Positions 18,681-28,384 of a stretch of 64,000 bases of DNA are shown piece after piece; the stretch's first letter is position 1; every line of letters begins with the position of its first letter. Below the pieces are notes generated by a model. That model made no database searches, was not told the origin of the DNA, and saw only the letters and a program-made list of their open reading frames with translations. The stretch comes from Candidatus Kuenenia stuttgartensis (GTDB lineage: Bacteria > Planctomycetota > UBA11346), in NCBI GenBank assembly GCA_945876185.1, contig CAMCMZ010000002.1, forward strand, positions 24,073 to 88,072, read 5' to 3'. Position numbers and translations under genes: made by a program.

Positions 18681-18751
18681 GGCGTGCTGCGCCCGCACTT
18701 TACCCATGCAGACGAGACATTCGCGCCCCCAGGAGGCCGACTTTTGCGGCG
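18681..18751. repeat. REP-like element B: GGCGTGCTGCGCCCGCACT + 35 nt + GGCCGACTTTTGCGGCGC (reverse of the CAAAAGTCGG motif)
   Basis: Exact 19-bp direct repeat of 16980-16998. Complements element A to form M2fwd-M1 ... M1-M2rev around a 1.7-kb segment. Confidence 0.4.
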
Positions 18752-18825
18752 CTCCGCCTGGACCCGCAGCTGGCGGCTTGCCCCGGCAACCCGCGCCTGC
18801 AAAAGGCCGTCTCCTGGGGAAGCGG

Positions 18826-21162
18826 ATGATCCTATGGCCTGCGCGCCGCTGGCGGAGACGCCTCGCGGGGCTGATCGGTGCGGCCGCCGTGGTAGCCAGC
18901 CTGACCGCCTGCGTGATGTTCCCGGCTCGCGCCGGCAGCGTTCCCGCGCAGCAGCGCCGCTTGGGCTTTCCGGCCACCGGGCATGACTTGCACGGGACGG
19001 TCACGGTGCGCTGGGACGACCGCCTGGTACCCTTTATCGAGGCGTCCGACGACCGCGACGTGCCGTATACCCTCGGCCTGGTCCACGCCTACCTGCGGCG
19101 CGGCGAGATGGAGCTGCTCCGCCTCGCCGCCCAGGGTCGGTTGAGCGAGGCAGGCGGCCCCTTCGCGGTCGAGATCGACCGGGCCATCCGGATCATCGGC
19201 ATCCCGCGTTCGGCGGCCGGGGTGGCGGCGGCCCTGCGGCCGGACACCCGCGCCTGGGTTGAGCGCTATCTGGCGGGAATCAACACGGTGGTGGCGCGTG
19301 GGGAGCGGCCGTGGGAGATGCGCATCGGCGGCATCGCCGACCAGCCCTGGACGGTCGAGGACATCGCCGCGATCAGCCGTCTGGCGGCGGTGGACCCCAA
19401 CTGGTTCGCGGTCATCGCCCACGCCCGGTTGATCGACGATCCCCGCTGGGCCGCCGCCCGCGGCCGGCTGCTGCGCGCCGGCGGCGCAGTGGCACCATCC
19501 TTCCCCGGCACCTGGACGCTCGATCCGCTGAACCTGATTGGACGCACCGGCAGCAACGCCTTCGCGGTGGCGGGCTGGAGGCGGACCGAAGGTGCTGCCG
19601 ACCCAGCTACGGTGACTGGCTCAGCCACGGTGACCGGCCCGGCCACAGGAACCGCCCGGGGTGCCCTGCTAGCGACCGATCCGCACCTCGGGCTGGGCCT
19701 GCCCAGCACCTGGCTCGCCCTGGGCTGGCGTTCGCCCGCCGGGGCGGTGGCCGGGTTGACCGTCCCCGGCCTGCCGGTGGTGCTGCTCGGCCGCAACGAA
19801 CACCTCGCCTGGGGCGGGACGAACATGTATGGTGCCGCCTCGGCGCTCTATGACGCGAGCAGCCTGCCGATCATCGAGGAACGCCGCGAGACGCTGCACG
19901 TGCGCGGCTGGTTCGACGAGATCCAGGTTCTGCGCCTGACCAGCCGGGGGGCCCTGCTGGAAGGCGACCTGCTGACCCGCACCAGCCGGCCGCTGGCGCT
20001 GTGGTGGCGCGGGCACCAGCCCAGCGATGAATTGTCCGCCTTCCTGGACGCCAACCGGGCGCGCTCGTGGGAGGAATTCCAGGCCGCCTTCGCGACCTAT
20101 GCGGTCTCGGCGCAAAACCTGATCTGCGCCGGCGCGGATGGCCGCATCGGCCAGCTCGCCGCCTTCACCGCCAGTCCGGGAGCCAGCCGGGCGCTGAGCG
20201 CCGGGCTCGGCGATCCGGCTCGGCCCGACCACGATCCCCTGCCCGGTGTGGCCAGCCGGCAGCTGCCGGCGATCGTCGATCCGCCCAGTGGCGTGCTGTG
20301 GTCGAGCAACAATCCCCCGGCAATCACCATCCCGCCGCTGGCCCCCCTGGCCTACGAGGACGAGCGCGCCAGCCGTTTCCGGGAACTGCTCGCGGGCCGG
20401 GTCAGCTCGATCGCGGATCTCGCGCGGATCCAGCTCGATGTGTTCGCCCCGCGCGCCCAGGCTCTGGCCCGCGCCCTCGCCGGGCATCCAACGGCCGCGA
20501 CCCAACCCGCCCTGCGCGCGCTGCTTCAAGATTGGGACGGGCAATACCTGCGCGCCAGCCGGGGTGCCGCCGCCTACCACGCCACCGTGCGCGCGCTGTC
20601 CCGGGCCCACTTCCGCGCGGTCTACGGCGAGGCGGTCGCCGCCTCGCTGTTGCGCACCCCGGCGATGCCGGCGCTGCTCGCCGAGGACCTCGCCGCCGGT
20701 GCCTGCGATGCGGTGCTGGCCGAGGCCCTGGCTGCCGCCGCGCGCACCATCGCCAAGCACCCCACCTGGGGCGACCTGCACCGGTTGCGGGTCGGACATT
20801 GGCTCGCCGACCTGCCTCTGCTTGGCAGCCGTCTGATGGTGCGCGAACTGCCGGCGGATGGCGCGATGGGGACGATCAACAAGGCGGCTTCCGGCGCAGC
20901 CGGATCCAACAGCGCAGCCGGATCCAGCGGCGACGAAGGGCCGGAACGGGTGGTCTACGGTGCCAATGCCCGCGTGTTGTGCGACCTGGCCGATCCCGAC
21001 GGCCTGTGGCTGGTGCTCTGCGGCGGCCAAGACGGCTGGATCGGCTCCACCGCCTTCGCAGATCAGGTCGATGATTTCCAAGCCGGCCGGACCCACCGCC
21101 TGCCGCTGAGTCCCACCGGGGTGGCGGCGGCATTTCCGCATGCCGTCAGGTTGGGGCGATGA
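18826..21162 (+). CDS. Penicillin amidase/acylase family Ntn-hydrolase (PvdQ/QuiP-like acylase)
   Basis: 778 aa from the MILWPARRW start. Signal/TM N-terminus. SNAFAV motif (Ser N-terminal nucleophile of the beta subunit) after a spacer. Overall penicillin-acylase length and layout. Confidence 0.75.
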   Translation: MILWPARRWRRRLAGLIGAAAVVASLTACVMFPARAGSVPAQQRRLGFPATGHDLHGTVTVRWDDRLVPFIEASDDRDVPYTLGLVHAYLRRGEMELLRLAAQGRLSEAGGPFAVEIDRAIRIIGIPRSAAGVAAALRPDTRAWVERYLAGINTVVARGERPWEMRIGGIADQPWTVEDIAAISRLAAVDPNWFAVIAHARLIDDPRWAAARGRLLRAGGAVAPSFPGTWTLDPLNLIGRTGSNAFAVAGWRRTEGAADPATVTGSATVTGPATGTARGALLATDPHLGLGLPSTWLALGWRSPAGAVAGLTVPGLPVVLLGRNEHLAWGGTNMYGAASALYDASSLPIIEERRETLHVRGWFDEIQVLRLTSRGALLEGDLLTRTSRPLALWWRGHQPSDELSAFLDANRARSWEEFQAAFATYAVSAQNLICAGADGRIGQLAAFTASPGASRALSAGLGDPARPDHDPLPGVASRQLPAIVDPPSGVLWSSNNPPAITIPPLAPLAYEDERASRFRELLAGRVSSIADLARIQLDVFAPRAQALARALAGHPTAATQPALRALLQDWDGQYLRASRGAAAYHATVRALSRAHFRAVYGEAVAASLLRTPAMPALLAEDLAAGACDAVLAEALAAAARTIAKHPTWGDLHRLRVGHWLADLPLLGSRLMVRELPADGAMGTINKAASGAAGSNSAAGSSGDEGPERVVYGANARVLCDLADPDGLWLVLCGGQDGWIGSTAFADQVDDFQAGRTHRLPLSPTGVAAAFPHAVRLGR

Positions 21163-21240
21163 ACCGAGGCGTGGCTTCCTGGGCGCTGGCTTCTGATTGC
21201 CAGCGGGCGGGACGGCGGCCCAAGGCCCACCAGCACCCGC

Positions 21241-23247
21241 ATGGCACGCGGGCGATCGCGGCCTAGCCTGGCCGGCATGCGCACCCTGCTGCTCTGCCTC
21301 GTCTTGGTCGTCACCGTCGCGGGCGAACCCGCCCCGCTCGCCGTGTTCAACAAGCACGCGGTCGCGGTGACCCTGACCCTCGACCAGGTCGACCCCACCG
21401 CCGGAACGGCGGTGGTGGTGGGGCGATTCGTGCCCGAGGCCGGCGCGCTCGGCAAACCCGGCCTGCACCTGTACACCCACGACCTGCCCAAGGACGCCGA
21501 AGCCGGCGTCGCCACCCGCATCAACGCGGTACCGCCGTTGATCGCCACCGGCGCCCTGACCGCCGACCGTGCGGTGGTCGTGCGCGAGGGCCTGCGCACC
21601 TATCCCGACGGGCCGGTGACGCTGCGCCTGCCAGTGCGCCTGCCGCCCGGCGACGGCAACCTGGTCGATGCAGCGGTGCGGTTGAGCTACATGGCGTGCG
21701 ACACGTCGTGCCGCTTCCCGGTGAACGGCGAACTGATCCGCATCCGCATCCCAAGCCGGAAGGCGGAGTCCGCGCCGACCCCGGGGTTGGGATTGGCCGA
21801 GATCCGCGCGGTGGTGGCCGAAGAACTCGCCAAGCGCTCCTCGCTCGATGCTGCGCTCGATGCTGGTCTCGTCAGCGAAAAAGTGCGCGCCGTGGTCGTC
21901 GAGGAACTGGAACGCTCCCGTGCCCAGGACCAGGGCCGCCTGATTCGTTGGCAGCGACCGCACGATCGCGCCAGCGCCGAACAATTGATCCGTCAGGCCC
22001 ACGCGGATGGCAAAGCGGCTATCCTCGATTTCACCGGCCCATCGTGCGCGAACTGCCAGCGCATGGCCAAGACGGTGCTGCGCCTGCCGGAGGTCGTCGC
22101 CGCCTGGAACCGCGCGGTGGCGATCGAGATCGACACCGATTCGCACGCCGACCTGGCAGCCTGGCAGCAGGAACGCTTTCAGTCGCAGAGCCGGCCGCTG
22201 TACGTCCACCTCTCAATCTCCCCAGATTCTGGTACCGGCGCGGCGACCGAAACGCGCTGGTCCGAGGTCTTCGCTGCGTCCGACCGTGCCACGCTCGATC
22301 GGATGCTCGCCTTTCTGAATGGCGGTGCGGGTTCCGATGCCGGCACCGGCCAAAACTGGTCCGAGTTCCTCATGCTCGCGCTCTTCGGCGGCCTGTTCAC
22401 CCTGCTCATGCCTTGCACCTATCCGATGGTGCCGTTCACCCTCAACGTCTTCGCCAAGCAGGCTGCGGCGGGGCGGAAACTCGCCCCGCTCGCGCTCTTC
22501 TACGGTGCGGGGATCATGGCCTGCTTCGTCGGCCTCGGCCTGCTGGTCACCGGCGTCTTCGGCGCGTCGCTCGCCGGCCTGGCCGGGCATCCGGTCACCA
22601 ACCTGCTCGTCGCGTTGCTGTTCGCCGTCTTCGGCCTGAGCCTGCTCGGCGCTTTTTTCCTGCGCCTGCCCAGCGGCTGGGAGGATCGCCTCGGCGGTGC
22701 GCGCGCCGGCTACCTGGGCGCGGGCCTCATGGGCCTGACCTTCGCTGTGACCGCCTTCACCTGCACCGCCCCGTTCGCCGGTGCGGTGCTGGCGCAGGCG
22801 GTGGCAACCGGTTCGTGGGGCGCAGCAGCGCTGGGCATGGCGGTGTACAGCGCCGCGATCGCGGTGCCGTTCGTCGCCCTCGCCCTGGTGCCGGGATTGC
22901 TGACCCGGATCCCGCGCGCCGGCGCGTGGATGAACGAACTCAAAGTCATCGGCGGCATCGTCGAGTTCGCCGCGGCTCTCAAATTCCTGGTGATCTGCGA
23001 CTACCATTGGGGCTGGGGCGTGTTCGGGCGGACCTCGGTCACCGCCGCTTGGGCCGCTGGCGCGGTCGTGCTCGCGCTCTATCTGTTCGGGTTCATCCGC
23101 ATGAAGGACGACGAACCGGTGCCGCGCCTGGGACTCGTGCGCCTCGGCCTGGGAACGGCCTGCATCGCCGCCGCGCTGTGGCTTGCCGCCGGTCTGGCAG
23201 GGGGCGACCTGGGGGTGCTGGAGAGCTTCTTTCCAAGCGTTCCGTGA
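21241..23247 (+). CDS. DsbD-family thiol:disulfide interchange protein with non-canonical domain order (periplasmic N-domain - thioredoxin-like CxxC - C-terminal TM domain)
   Basis: 668 aa. Signal peptide. CANC (CxxC) thioredoxin-like motif around residue 260. C-terminal polytopic domain carries the conserved DsbD/CcdA cysteines (LLMPCTYPMVP and FTCTAPF). Confidence 0.65.
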   Translation: MARGRSRPSLAGMRTLLLCLVLVVTVAGEPAPLAVFNKHAVAVTLTLDQVDPTAGTAVVVGRFVPEAGALGKPGLHLYTHDLPKDAEAGVATRINAVPPLIATGALTADRAVVVREGLRTYPDGPVTLRLPVRLPPGDGNLVDAAVRLSYMACDTSCRFPVNGELIRIRIPSRKAESAPTPGLGLAEIRAVVAEELAKRSSLDAALDAGLVSEKVRAVVVEELERSRAQDQGRLIRWQRPHDRASAEQLIRQAHADGKAAILDFTGPSCANCQRMAKTVLRLPEVVAAWNRAVAIEIDTDSHADLAAWQQERFQSQSRPLYVHLSISPDSGTGAATETRWSEVFAASDRATLDRMLAFLNGGAGSDAGTGQNWSEFLMLALFGGLFTLLMPCTYPMVPFTLNVFAKQAAAGRKLAPLALFYGAGIMACFVGLGLLVTGVFGASLAGLAGHPVTNLLVALLFAVFGLSLLGAFFLRLPSGWEDRLGGARAGYLGAGLMGLTFAVTAFTCTAPFAGAVLAQAVATGSWGAAALGMAVYSAAIAVPFVALALVPGLLTRIPRAGAWMNELKVIGGIVEFAAALKFLVICDYHWGWGVFGRTSVTAAWAAGAVVLALYLFGFIRMKDDEPVPRLGLVRLGLGTACIAAALWLAAGLAGGDLGVLESFFPSVP

Positions 23248-23355
23248 CCACTCAAGCGCCGCAAGCGCAGCATCCTGTGAGCATTGCGCCTCGGGAATCG
23301 ATTGCGATCGTTCCGACGACCACGCCCATTCCTGCCTCCACCGGTTGATCCTCCG

Positions 23356-24645
23356 ATGCCCACCTACTTCGCCCACGGTTCGCCCACCACCTGCCTGCGC
23401 GACGCTGATTTGCGCGCGGCGTTAAACGGGGTCTTCGCCCAGCTTGGCGCCAAGCAGAAGGTGCTGGCGATCCCGCCCGACTTCACCCGCGCCAACAGCC
23501 GGGCCGGGATCCTGACCCGGATCTCGTACGAGCATTACCAGCAGGCGATGACCGACGTTCTGCCGGCCCTGGGCACGCATGTGCCGATGCCGGACTGGCA
23601 GATCGAGCGCATGTACGCCGGGGTGCCGAAGTCGCTCTTCCGCGTCCACGATTGGCGCCACGAGGTGGTGACGATCGGCACGCTGGAGTCCGACTTCGTC
23701 AAGCAGGTGACCCAGGGTATTTATGCCAAGCCCTGGCCGGCGCAGCTCAACCGCCGGATCTGGGAAGGCGGCCACGATTTGATCCTGTCGATCGGGCAGG
23801 TGGTGCCGCACGAGGTCGTCGGGCTCGCCAACCACACCAAAAACCTGTTCGTCGGCTGCGGCGGCAAGGCCGGCATCGACGAGTCGCACTTCATCGGCGC
23901 GTGCTACGGCATGGAAAAAATGATGGGACGCGCGGACACGCCGGTGCGGCGCATCCTCAACGAGGCACTGACGCGCTTCTGCGACCATATGCCGATCGTG
24001 TTCGTCCTGACCGTGGTCGGGCGGCCGAATCCAGGCGAGACGCCGGACGCCGACGGCCTGGTGACGCGCGGGCTGTTCATCGGCTCGGGCACCGAATGTT
24101 TCGAACTTGCGGCGAAGCTGTCCGTCGCGGTCAACTTCACGCATCTGGATGAGGAACCGAAAAAGATCGTGGTGCACCTGGATCACGAGGAATTCCACAC
24201 CACCTGGCTCGGCAACAAGGCGGTCTACCGCACCCGCATGGCCATCGCTACCGGCGGCGAACTGGTCATCCTTGCGCCCGGCCTGAAAGGCTTCGGCGAG
24301 GATCCCGGCATCGACCTGCTCATCCGCAAGTACGGCTACCGCACCACGCCCGAGATCATGGCCGCCGTCGCCGCCAATGCGGATCTGGGCGGCAACCTGT
24401 CCGCCGCCGCGCACCTCATCCATGGTTCGAGCGAAGGCCGCTTCGCCGTCACCTACTGCCCCGGCCACCTCAGCCGGGCCGAGATCGAAGGCGTCGGCTA
24501 CCGTTACGCGGACCTCGCCACGACGACCCGGCGCTACGACCCGGCGAAGCTGAAAGACGGCTGGAACGTCCTGCCCGACGGCGAACGCATCTACTACATC
24601 AGCAACCCCGCCCTGGGGCTTTGGGCGTGGAAAGGGCGGCTGTAG
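23356..24645 (+). CDS. LarA-like (DUF2088, lactate racemase family) protein, function uncertain
   Basis: ~430 aa. Family assignment rests on overall length and a few remembered motifs; not verified. Confidence 0.3.
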   Translation: MPTYFAHGSPTTCLRDADLRAALNGVFAQLGAKQKVLAIPPDFTRANSRAGILTRISYEHYQQAMTDVLPALGTHVPMPDWQIERMYAGVPKSLFRVHDWRHEVVTIGTLESDFVKQVTQGIYAKPWPAQLNRRIWEGGHDLILSIGQVVPHEVVGLANHTKNLFVGCGGKAGIDESHFIGACYGMEKMMGRADTPVRRILNEALTRFCDHMPIVFVLTVVGRPNPGETPDADGLVTRGLFIGSGTECFELAAKLSVAVNFTHLDEEPKKIVVHLDHEEFHTTWLGNKAVYRTRMAIATGGELVILAPGLKGFGEDPGIDLLIRKYGYRTTPEIMAAVAANADLGGNLSAAAHLIHGSSEGRFAVTYCPGHLSRAEIEGVGYRYADLATTTRRYDPAKLKDGWNVLPDGERIYYISNPALGLWAWKGRL

Positions 24646-24786
24646 GAGCGACCCGGCAAGCATCGCGCGGTCCTATCCAGCGGTGCTGGGCCGATCCCGC
24701 TGGTGGGGCGCCCGTCATGCGTCGGCCGCCTCCTCAGGGAATGCCCACTTGCTCATGCGGGTCAGCACCCTTATAAGCACAACGGA

Positions 24787-25086
24787 ATGGCCACCGTCAC
24801 CGTCCGCAAGTTCGCCCTCTCCCCCGATCCCGATGAAGTCGTCGACTTCACCGAGGACGTCGACTGGTTTGCGGACCAGTTCACGAAGCTGGGGTTTTCG
24901 CGCGTCGGGACCTACACGTTCCGCTACAGCGACGATGAGTGCATGATCAAGGCCGAGCTGCAGCGGTCGAAGGATGGCTACTACCTGTGGATGTACGTGC
25001 AGGCGGGTGATGAGCACGCCTACCGGCTGAGCGAGGCCTGCGACCTGTTCGAAGCCAGCCTCGTCGAAGGCAAGCGCCCGGTCTGA
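24787..25086 (+). CDS. Small hypothetical protein (99 aa)
   Basis: ORF with GC-rich codon usage. MATVTVRKFALSPDPDE... No known domain recognised. Confidence 0.4.
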   Translation: MATVTVRKFALSPDPDEVVDFTEDVDWFADQFTKLGFSRVGTYTFRYSDDECMIKAELQRSKDGYYLWMYVQAGDEHAYRLSEACDLFEASLVEGKRPV

Positions 25087-25237
25087 GCCTGGGAAGCGGC
25101 TCGGGATAGCTTAAAGGTGGCCCATCTGCGGCGTTGGTCGTCAGCTCTTTGCGTCCGGACCGGTGTTCTCCACCCCGCGAACGGCTGAACCTCTGATCGC
25201 TTCGCTGAGACCAAGAGACCGGATGGCCGCACCTGTC

Positions 25238-25372
25238 CTGGTGCAGTGCCAGGCCGCCTCAAAAGTCGGTTGGTGGCATCCTGCGGATGCTGCTTTCCCG
25301 GCCGGCGAGACACCGGCGTTCCCAGGAAGGCCGACTTTTGAGGCGCCCCGGGTGCAGTGCTGCAACACTCCT
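25238..25372. repeat. REP-like element C: inverted pair of GTGCAGTGC...GCCTCAAAAGTCGG units forming a ~135-bp hairpin
   Basis: Left arm at 25240-25277. Right arm at 25330-25370 is its approximate reverse complement. Shares the CAAAAGTCGGTTGG motif with elements A and B. Confidence 0.4.
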
Positions 25373-25464
25373 TCCCTCCCTTGCCTATGGGCTGCTCTGA
25401 CCGATTGCCCGATTGAAATGCTTTTCCAGGCATTCGCACCTTCTAGCCGTGCCTTCGAGCCTTC

Positions 25465-26106
25465 ATGATTTCCATCCACACCGTCTCCATCCGCACCACG
25501 CCCCGATCAGCCCTGGTCCGCTGGTGCAGTGCGGCCGAGATCGAACGCAGCGCGCGGTACCTCCAGTCTGACGACCAGCTGCGCTGCCTGGCGGCGGCGG
25601 CGCTGCGGCGGGCGATCCTCTCCGACCTGGTTGCGGTCGCGCCGGAGGCGTTGCGCTTCACCACCAATGCCCATGGCCGGCCCGCGCTGATGTGGCCGGC
25701 AAGCGGTCTGGATTTCAACTGCGCCCATGGCGGCGACCTGGTGGGATTGGCGGTGGCCTTGGATCAGCAGGTCGGCCTGGACATCGAACCGCTGGCGCAC
25801 GCCGGCCGCGTGGCAGAGGTCGCTGCCAGCGTGTTCACCGAGGCCGAACGCGCCAGCGCCGCAGGCGATGCGAAAATGCTGCTGGAATACTGGGTGCGCA
25901 AGGAGGCGGTGCTGAAGCTCCTCGGCACCGGCCTGGCGACCCCGCCGCTGGACATCGAGGTTCATCTTGATGCGCCGCGCTGGAGCGATGGTCGACCGTT
26001 GCCTGGCCAGGTGCAGGTGCGGGAACTGGCCGGGCATCTGCTGGCAGTCGCGGGGTCGCAGGCCCGAACGGCGGTATCTTATGTGGAAGCAACGCTTTCT
26101 GGCTGA
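25465..26106 (+). CDS. 4'-phosphopantetheinyl transferase (Sfp/EntD type)
   Basis: 213 aa. Motifs GRP, FNCAHGGD, GLDIE, and WVRKEAVLKLLGTG (W..KEA..K). Confidence 0.7.
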   Translation: MISIHTVSIRTTPRSALVRWCSAAEIERSARYLQSDDQLRCLAAAALRRAILSDLVAVAPEALRFTTNAHGRPALMWPASGLDFNCAHGGDLVGLAVALDQQVGLDIEPLAHAGRVAEVAASVFTEAERASAAGDAKMLLEYWVRKEAVLKLLGTGLATPPLDIEVHLDAPRWSDGRPLPGQVQVRELAGHLLAVAGSQARTAVSYVEATLSG

Positions 26107-26127
26107 GGAGGGGTCACCGGGCCGGCG

Positions 26128-27093
26128 TCACCCCTTCAGGATGTTCTCCGCATCAGCAATGATGCCGGGCACTTCCTGCATGAGCGAGGCGAAGCCGGCG
26201 CCATCCAGGCCGCACGCGTGCAGCAGCACGCCATCGACGTGGGTCTCGAAGGGATGGTCGGCGACCACGCCGACACCGGCGGCGTAAACGAGGCGTTCCG
26301 CCAGGCGCACCGCAGCGAGTTGCCGCATCGCAGTGGGTGAGGCGTCGGTCGGAATGCGATGGTGCTTGCCGATCGCGACCGTGAGGTCGTCGGGCAGGGC
26401 CCAGCGCGTTCCCACCTGCTCGCCGGCCCAGCAATGGTCGAAACCAAGCAAAGCGCGTTCGCGGCGCAGGATGTCGGTGTTGCCTTCAGGATCGCGGCGC
26501 AGTTCCAGTCCGTTGCGGGTGAGGAACGGCGCTACGACCAACATGCCGACATCGCGCAGCAAACCGGCGACGAACCATTCCTCGCTGGTGTCGCGGTCCG
26601 CGCCTGCGCGCTTGGCGATGCCACGGGTGACCGCCGCCGTGGTCACCGAGTTCTTCCACAGGCCGCCGTCAGTGAAGCCGTAGCACGACAGGTCGAGGGA
26701 CATCAAGTTGGTGGTCGACGCCGCCAGTACGAGGCTGCGCAAGCTGGCCTGGCCGATGATCGCCACCGCCATGTTGATCGACGCGACCGGGTTCGACAGG
26801 CCGTAGAAGGGGCTGTTCACCAGCTTGAGCAGCCGTCCGGCGATGACCATGTCCTGCTTGATGAGATCTTCGAGACCGGAGTTCGACACGTGCTGGTTGC
26901 CGACTTCCTTGAGCAGGCGCATCACCACCACCGGCATGGCCGGGATGCGGTCGACATCGGCCAGGAATTCGCTTTCGTGCACCACCACCCGGCTGCGGCC
27001 CTGGTTGCGGAACGCCGACCCGGAACCATCGCCCTCAGCGACCGGGCGCGGCTGGCCTCCCTGCTTGAAGCGTCGGAAAAGGTCGGCGGGCAT
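26128..27093 (-). CDS. HDOD-domain signalling protein
   Basis: Start at MPADLFRR. MPVVVMRLLKEV...LIKQDMVIAGRLLKLVNSPFYG is a classic HDOD N-terminal region. Confidence 0.7.
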   Translation of the reverse strand: MPADLFRRFKQGGQPRPVAEGDGSGSAFRNQGRSRVVVHESEFLADVDRIPAMPVVVMRLLKEVGNQHVSNSGLEDLIKQDMVIAGRLLKLVNSPFYGLSNPVASINMAVAIIGQASLRSLVLAASTTNLMSLDLSCYGFTDGGLWKNSVTTAAVTRGIAKRAGADRDTSEEWFVAGLLRDVGMLVVAPFLTRNGLELRRDPEGNTDILRRERALLGFDHCWAGEQVGTRWALPDDLTVAIGKHHRIPTDASPTAMRQLAAVRLAERLVYAAGVGVVADHPFETHVDGVLLHACGLDGAGFASLMQEVPGIIADAENILKG

Positions 27094-27133
27094 GCAGGGT
27101 GAGTTTATGTCACGATCCGGGCCGGCGCCAGGG

Positions 27134-28294
27134 TCACGCCAAGGACCTGCCACCCAGCGCCAGCGCACCGGCCGCCAGGGCGGCGGCGATGGCGTCGACC
27201 TCGGCCTCGGTCGTCGTTGAGCCCAGGCTGATCCGAATCGCGTTACCCGCCTGATCCTCGGGGAATCCCATCGCCGTCAGGACGTGGCTGGGCTCGCGCC
27301 GGGCAAGGGCGCAGCTCGCCCCCGCCGAGGCCGCGACGGTCGCGAGCTGGCCCAGCCAGCCCACCGCCAGGCCGGGATGGACGAAGAACGAGATCCCGGG
27401 TGCGCGCACGGCCCCGGCCCCGGCGACCAGCGCTCCCGGAAGCGCGTCCCGCACCGCGCCTTCCAGCCGGGCCGTGAGCGCAGTCAATCGCTCGACCTTG
27501 CCGGCCAAGCGTTCGTGCGCCAGCCGCGCAGCGACGCCAAGACCGACGATGCCGGGCAGGTTCGGGGTGCCGGAGCGCAGACCGCGTTCCTGGCCCCCGC
27601 CGTGGATCTGCGCCGACAGACCAAGGCCACGCCGCAGCCACAGTGCTCCGATGCCGGACGGCGCGCCGAACTTGTGTCCCGACAAGGCCAGCAAGTCGCA
27701 GCCCAGCGCGGTGACGTCAACCGGCATGCGGCCGAGACCCTGGGTCGCATCGCACAGCAGGAGCGCCCCGGCAGCGTGGGCGGTCGCCGCCGCGGCAGCG
27801 AGATCCTGCACCACGCCGGTCTCGTTGTTGACCAGCATCACAGCGACGAGCGCGGTGCGGCCGGCCTGACCAGCACAAGAAGCTGCGCAGGCGGCGGCGA
27901 ACGCGGTGCGGTCGAGCCTGCCCTCGCGATCGACACCGATGCGTATCACCTCGGCCCCGGCGGCAGCGAGCCGTTCCAGGGGCGCGAGCACCGCTGCGTG
28001 CTCGCTGGCGATCGTGACAAAGCGCGGGCGTTCCGGCAGCAGCCGTTCACCGACGCCAAACAACGCCAGATTGCAGCTTTCCGTCGCGCCACTGGTGAAC
28101 ACCACCTCATCGGGGCGGGCCCCGATGAGCGCCGCGACTTCTGCACGCGCCGCATCGACCAGCCCCTGCGCGCGCCGGCCGGGTGCATGCTGGCGCGAAC
28201 CCGGGTTGGCCCAGTCCTCGCGCAGGCACTGCGACACCGCCGCGACTACCTCGGGTAGGCACGGCGTCGAGGCGGCATGGTCGGCGTAGATCAT
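27134..28294 (-). CDS. Cysteine desulfurase (class V aminotransferase, NifS/IscS-like)
   Basis: Start at MIYADHAAS inside the 592-aa ORF. PLP-lysine motif SGHKFGAPSGIGALW. GTPNLPGIVGLG and the overall fold signature. Confidence 0.8.
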   Translation of the reverse strand: MIYADHAASTPCLPEVVAAVSQCLREDWANPGSRQHAPGRRAQGLVDAARAEVAALIGARPDEVVFTSGATESCNLALFGVGERLLPERPRFVTIASEHAAVLAPLERLAAAGAEVIRIGVDREGRLDRTAFAAACAASCAGQAGRTALVAVMLVNNETGVVQDLAAAAATAHAAGALLLCDATQGLGRMPVDVTALGCDLLALSGHKFGAPSGIGALWLRRGLGLSAQIHGGGQERGLRSGTPNLPGIVGLGVAARLAHERLAGKVERLTALTARLEGAVRDALPGALVAGAGAVRAPGISFFVHPGLAVGWLGQLATVAASAGASCALARREPSHVLTAMGFPEDQAGNAIRISLGSTTTEAEVDAIAAALAAGALALGGRSLA

Positions 28295-28384
28295 CGCCGC
28301 CGATGTTCGCCCGGATGCGACGCCGGCCAAGCGGCTGACGCTGCGGTCTTGCCCCCCCGGCCCGGGGCGCTTGGCTCGCGACCC

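Noticed and set aside
19669-22209. 846-aa minus-strand ORF (and similar long ORFs 76-1083, 7846-8781, 8652-9692, 10371-11312, 35097-37421, 38804-40462, 45109-46737, 57244-58677)
   Set aside because: These lie antisense to well-supported genes (acylase/DsbD, accBC, ileS, MCM, 5S, ABC permease, OmpA-like). They have low-complexity Arg/Ala/Gly-rich translations typical of stop-codon-poor frames in ~70% GC DNA. This one even spans an intergenic gap of two + strand genes.
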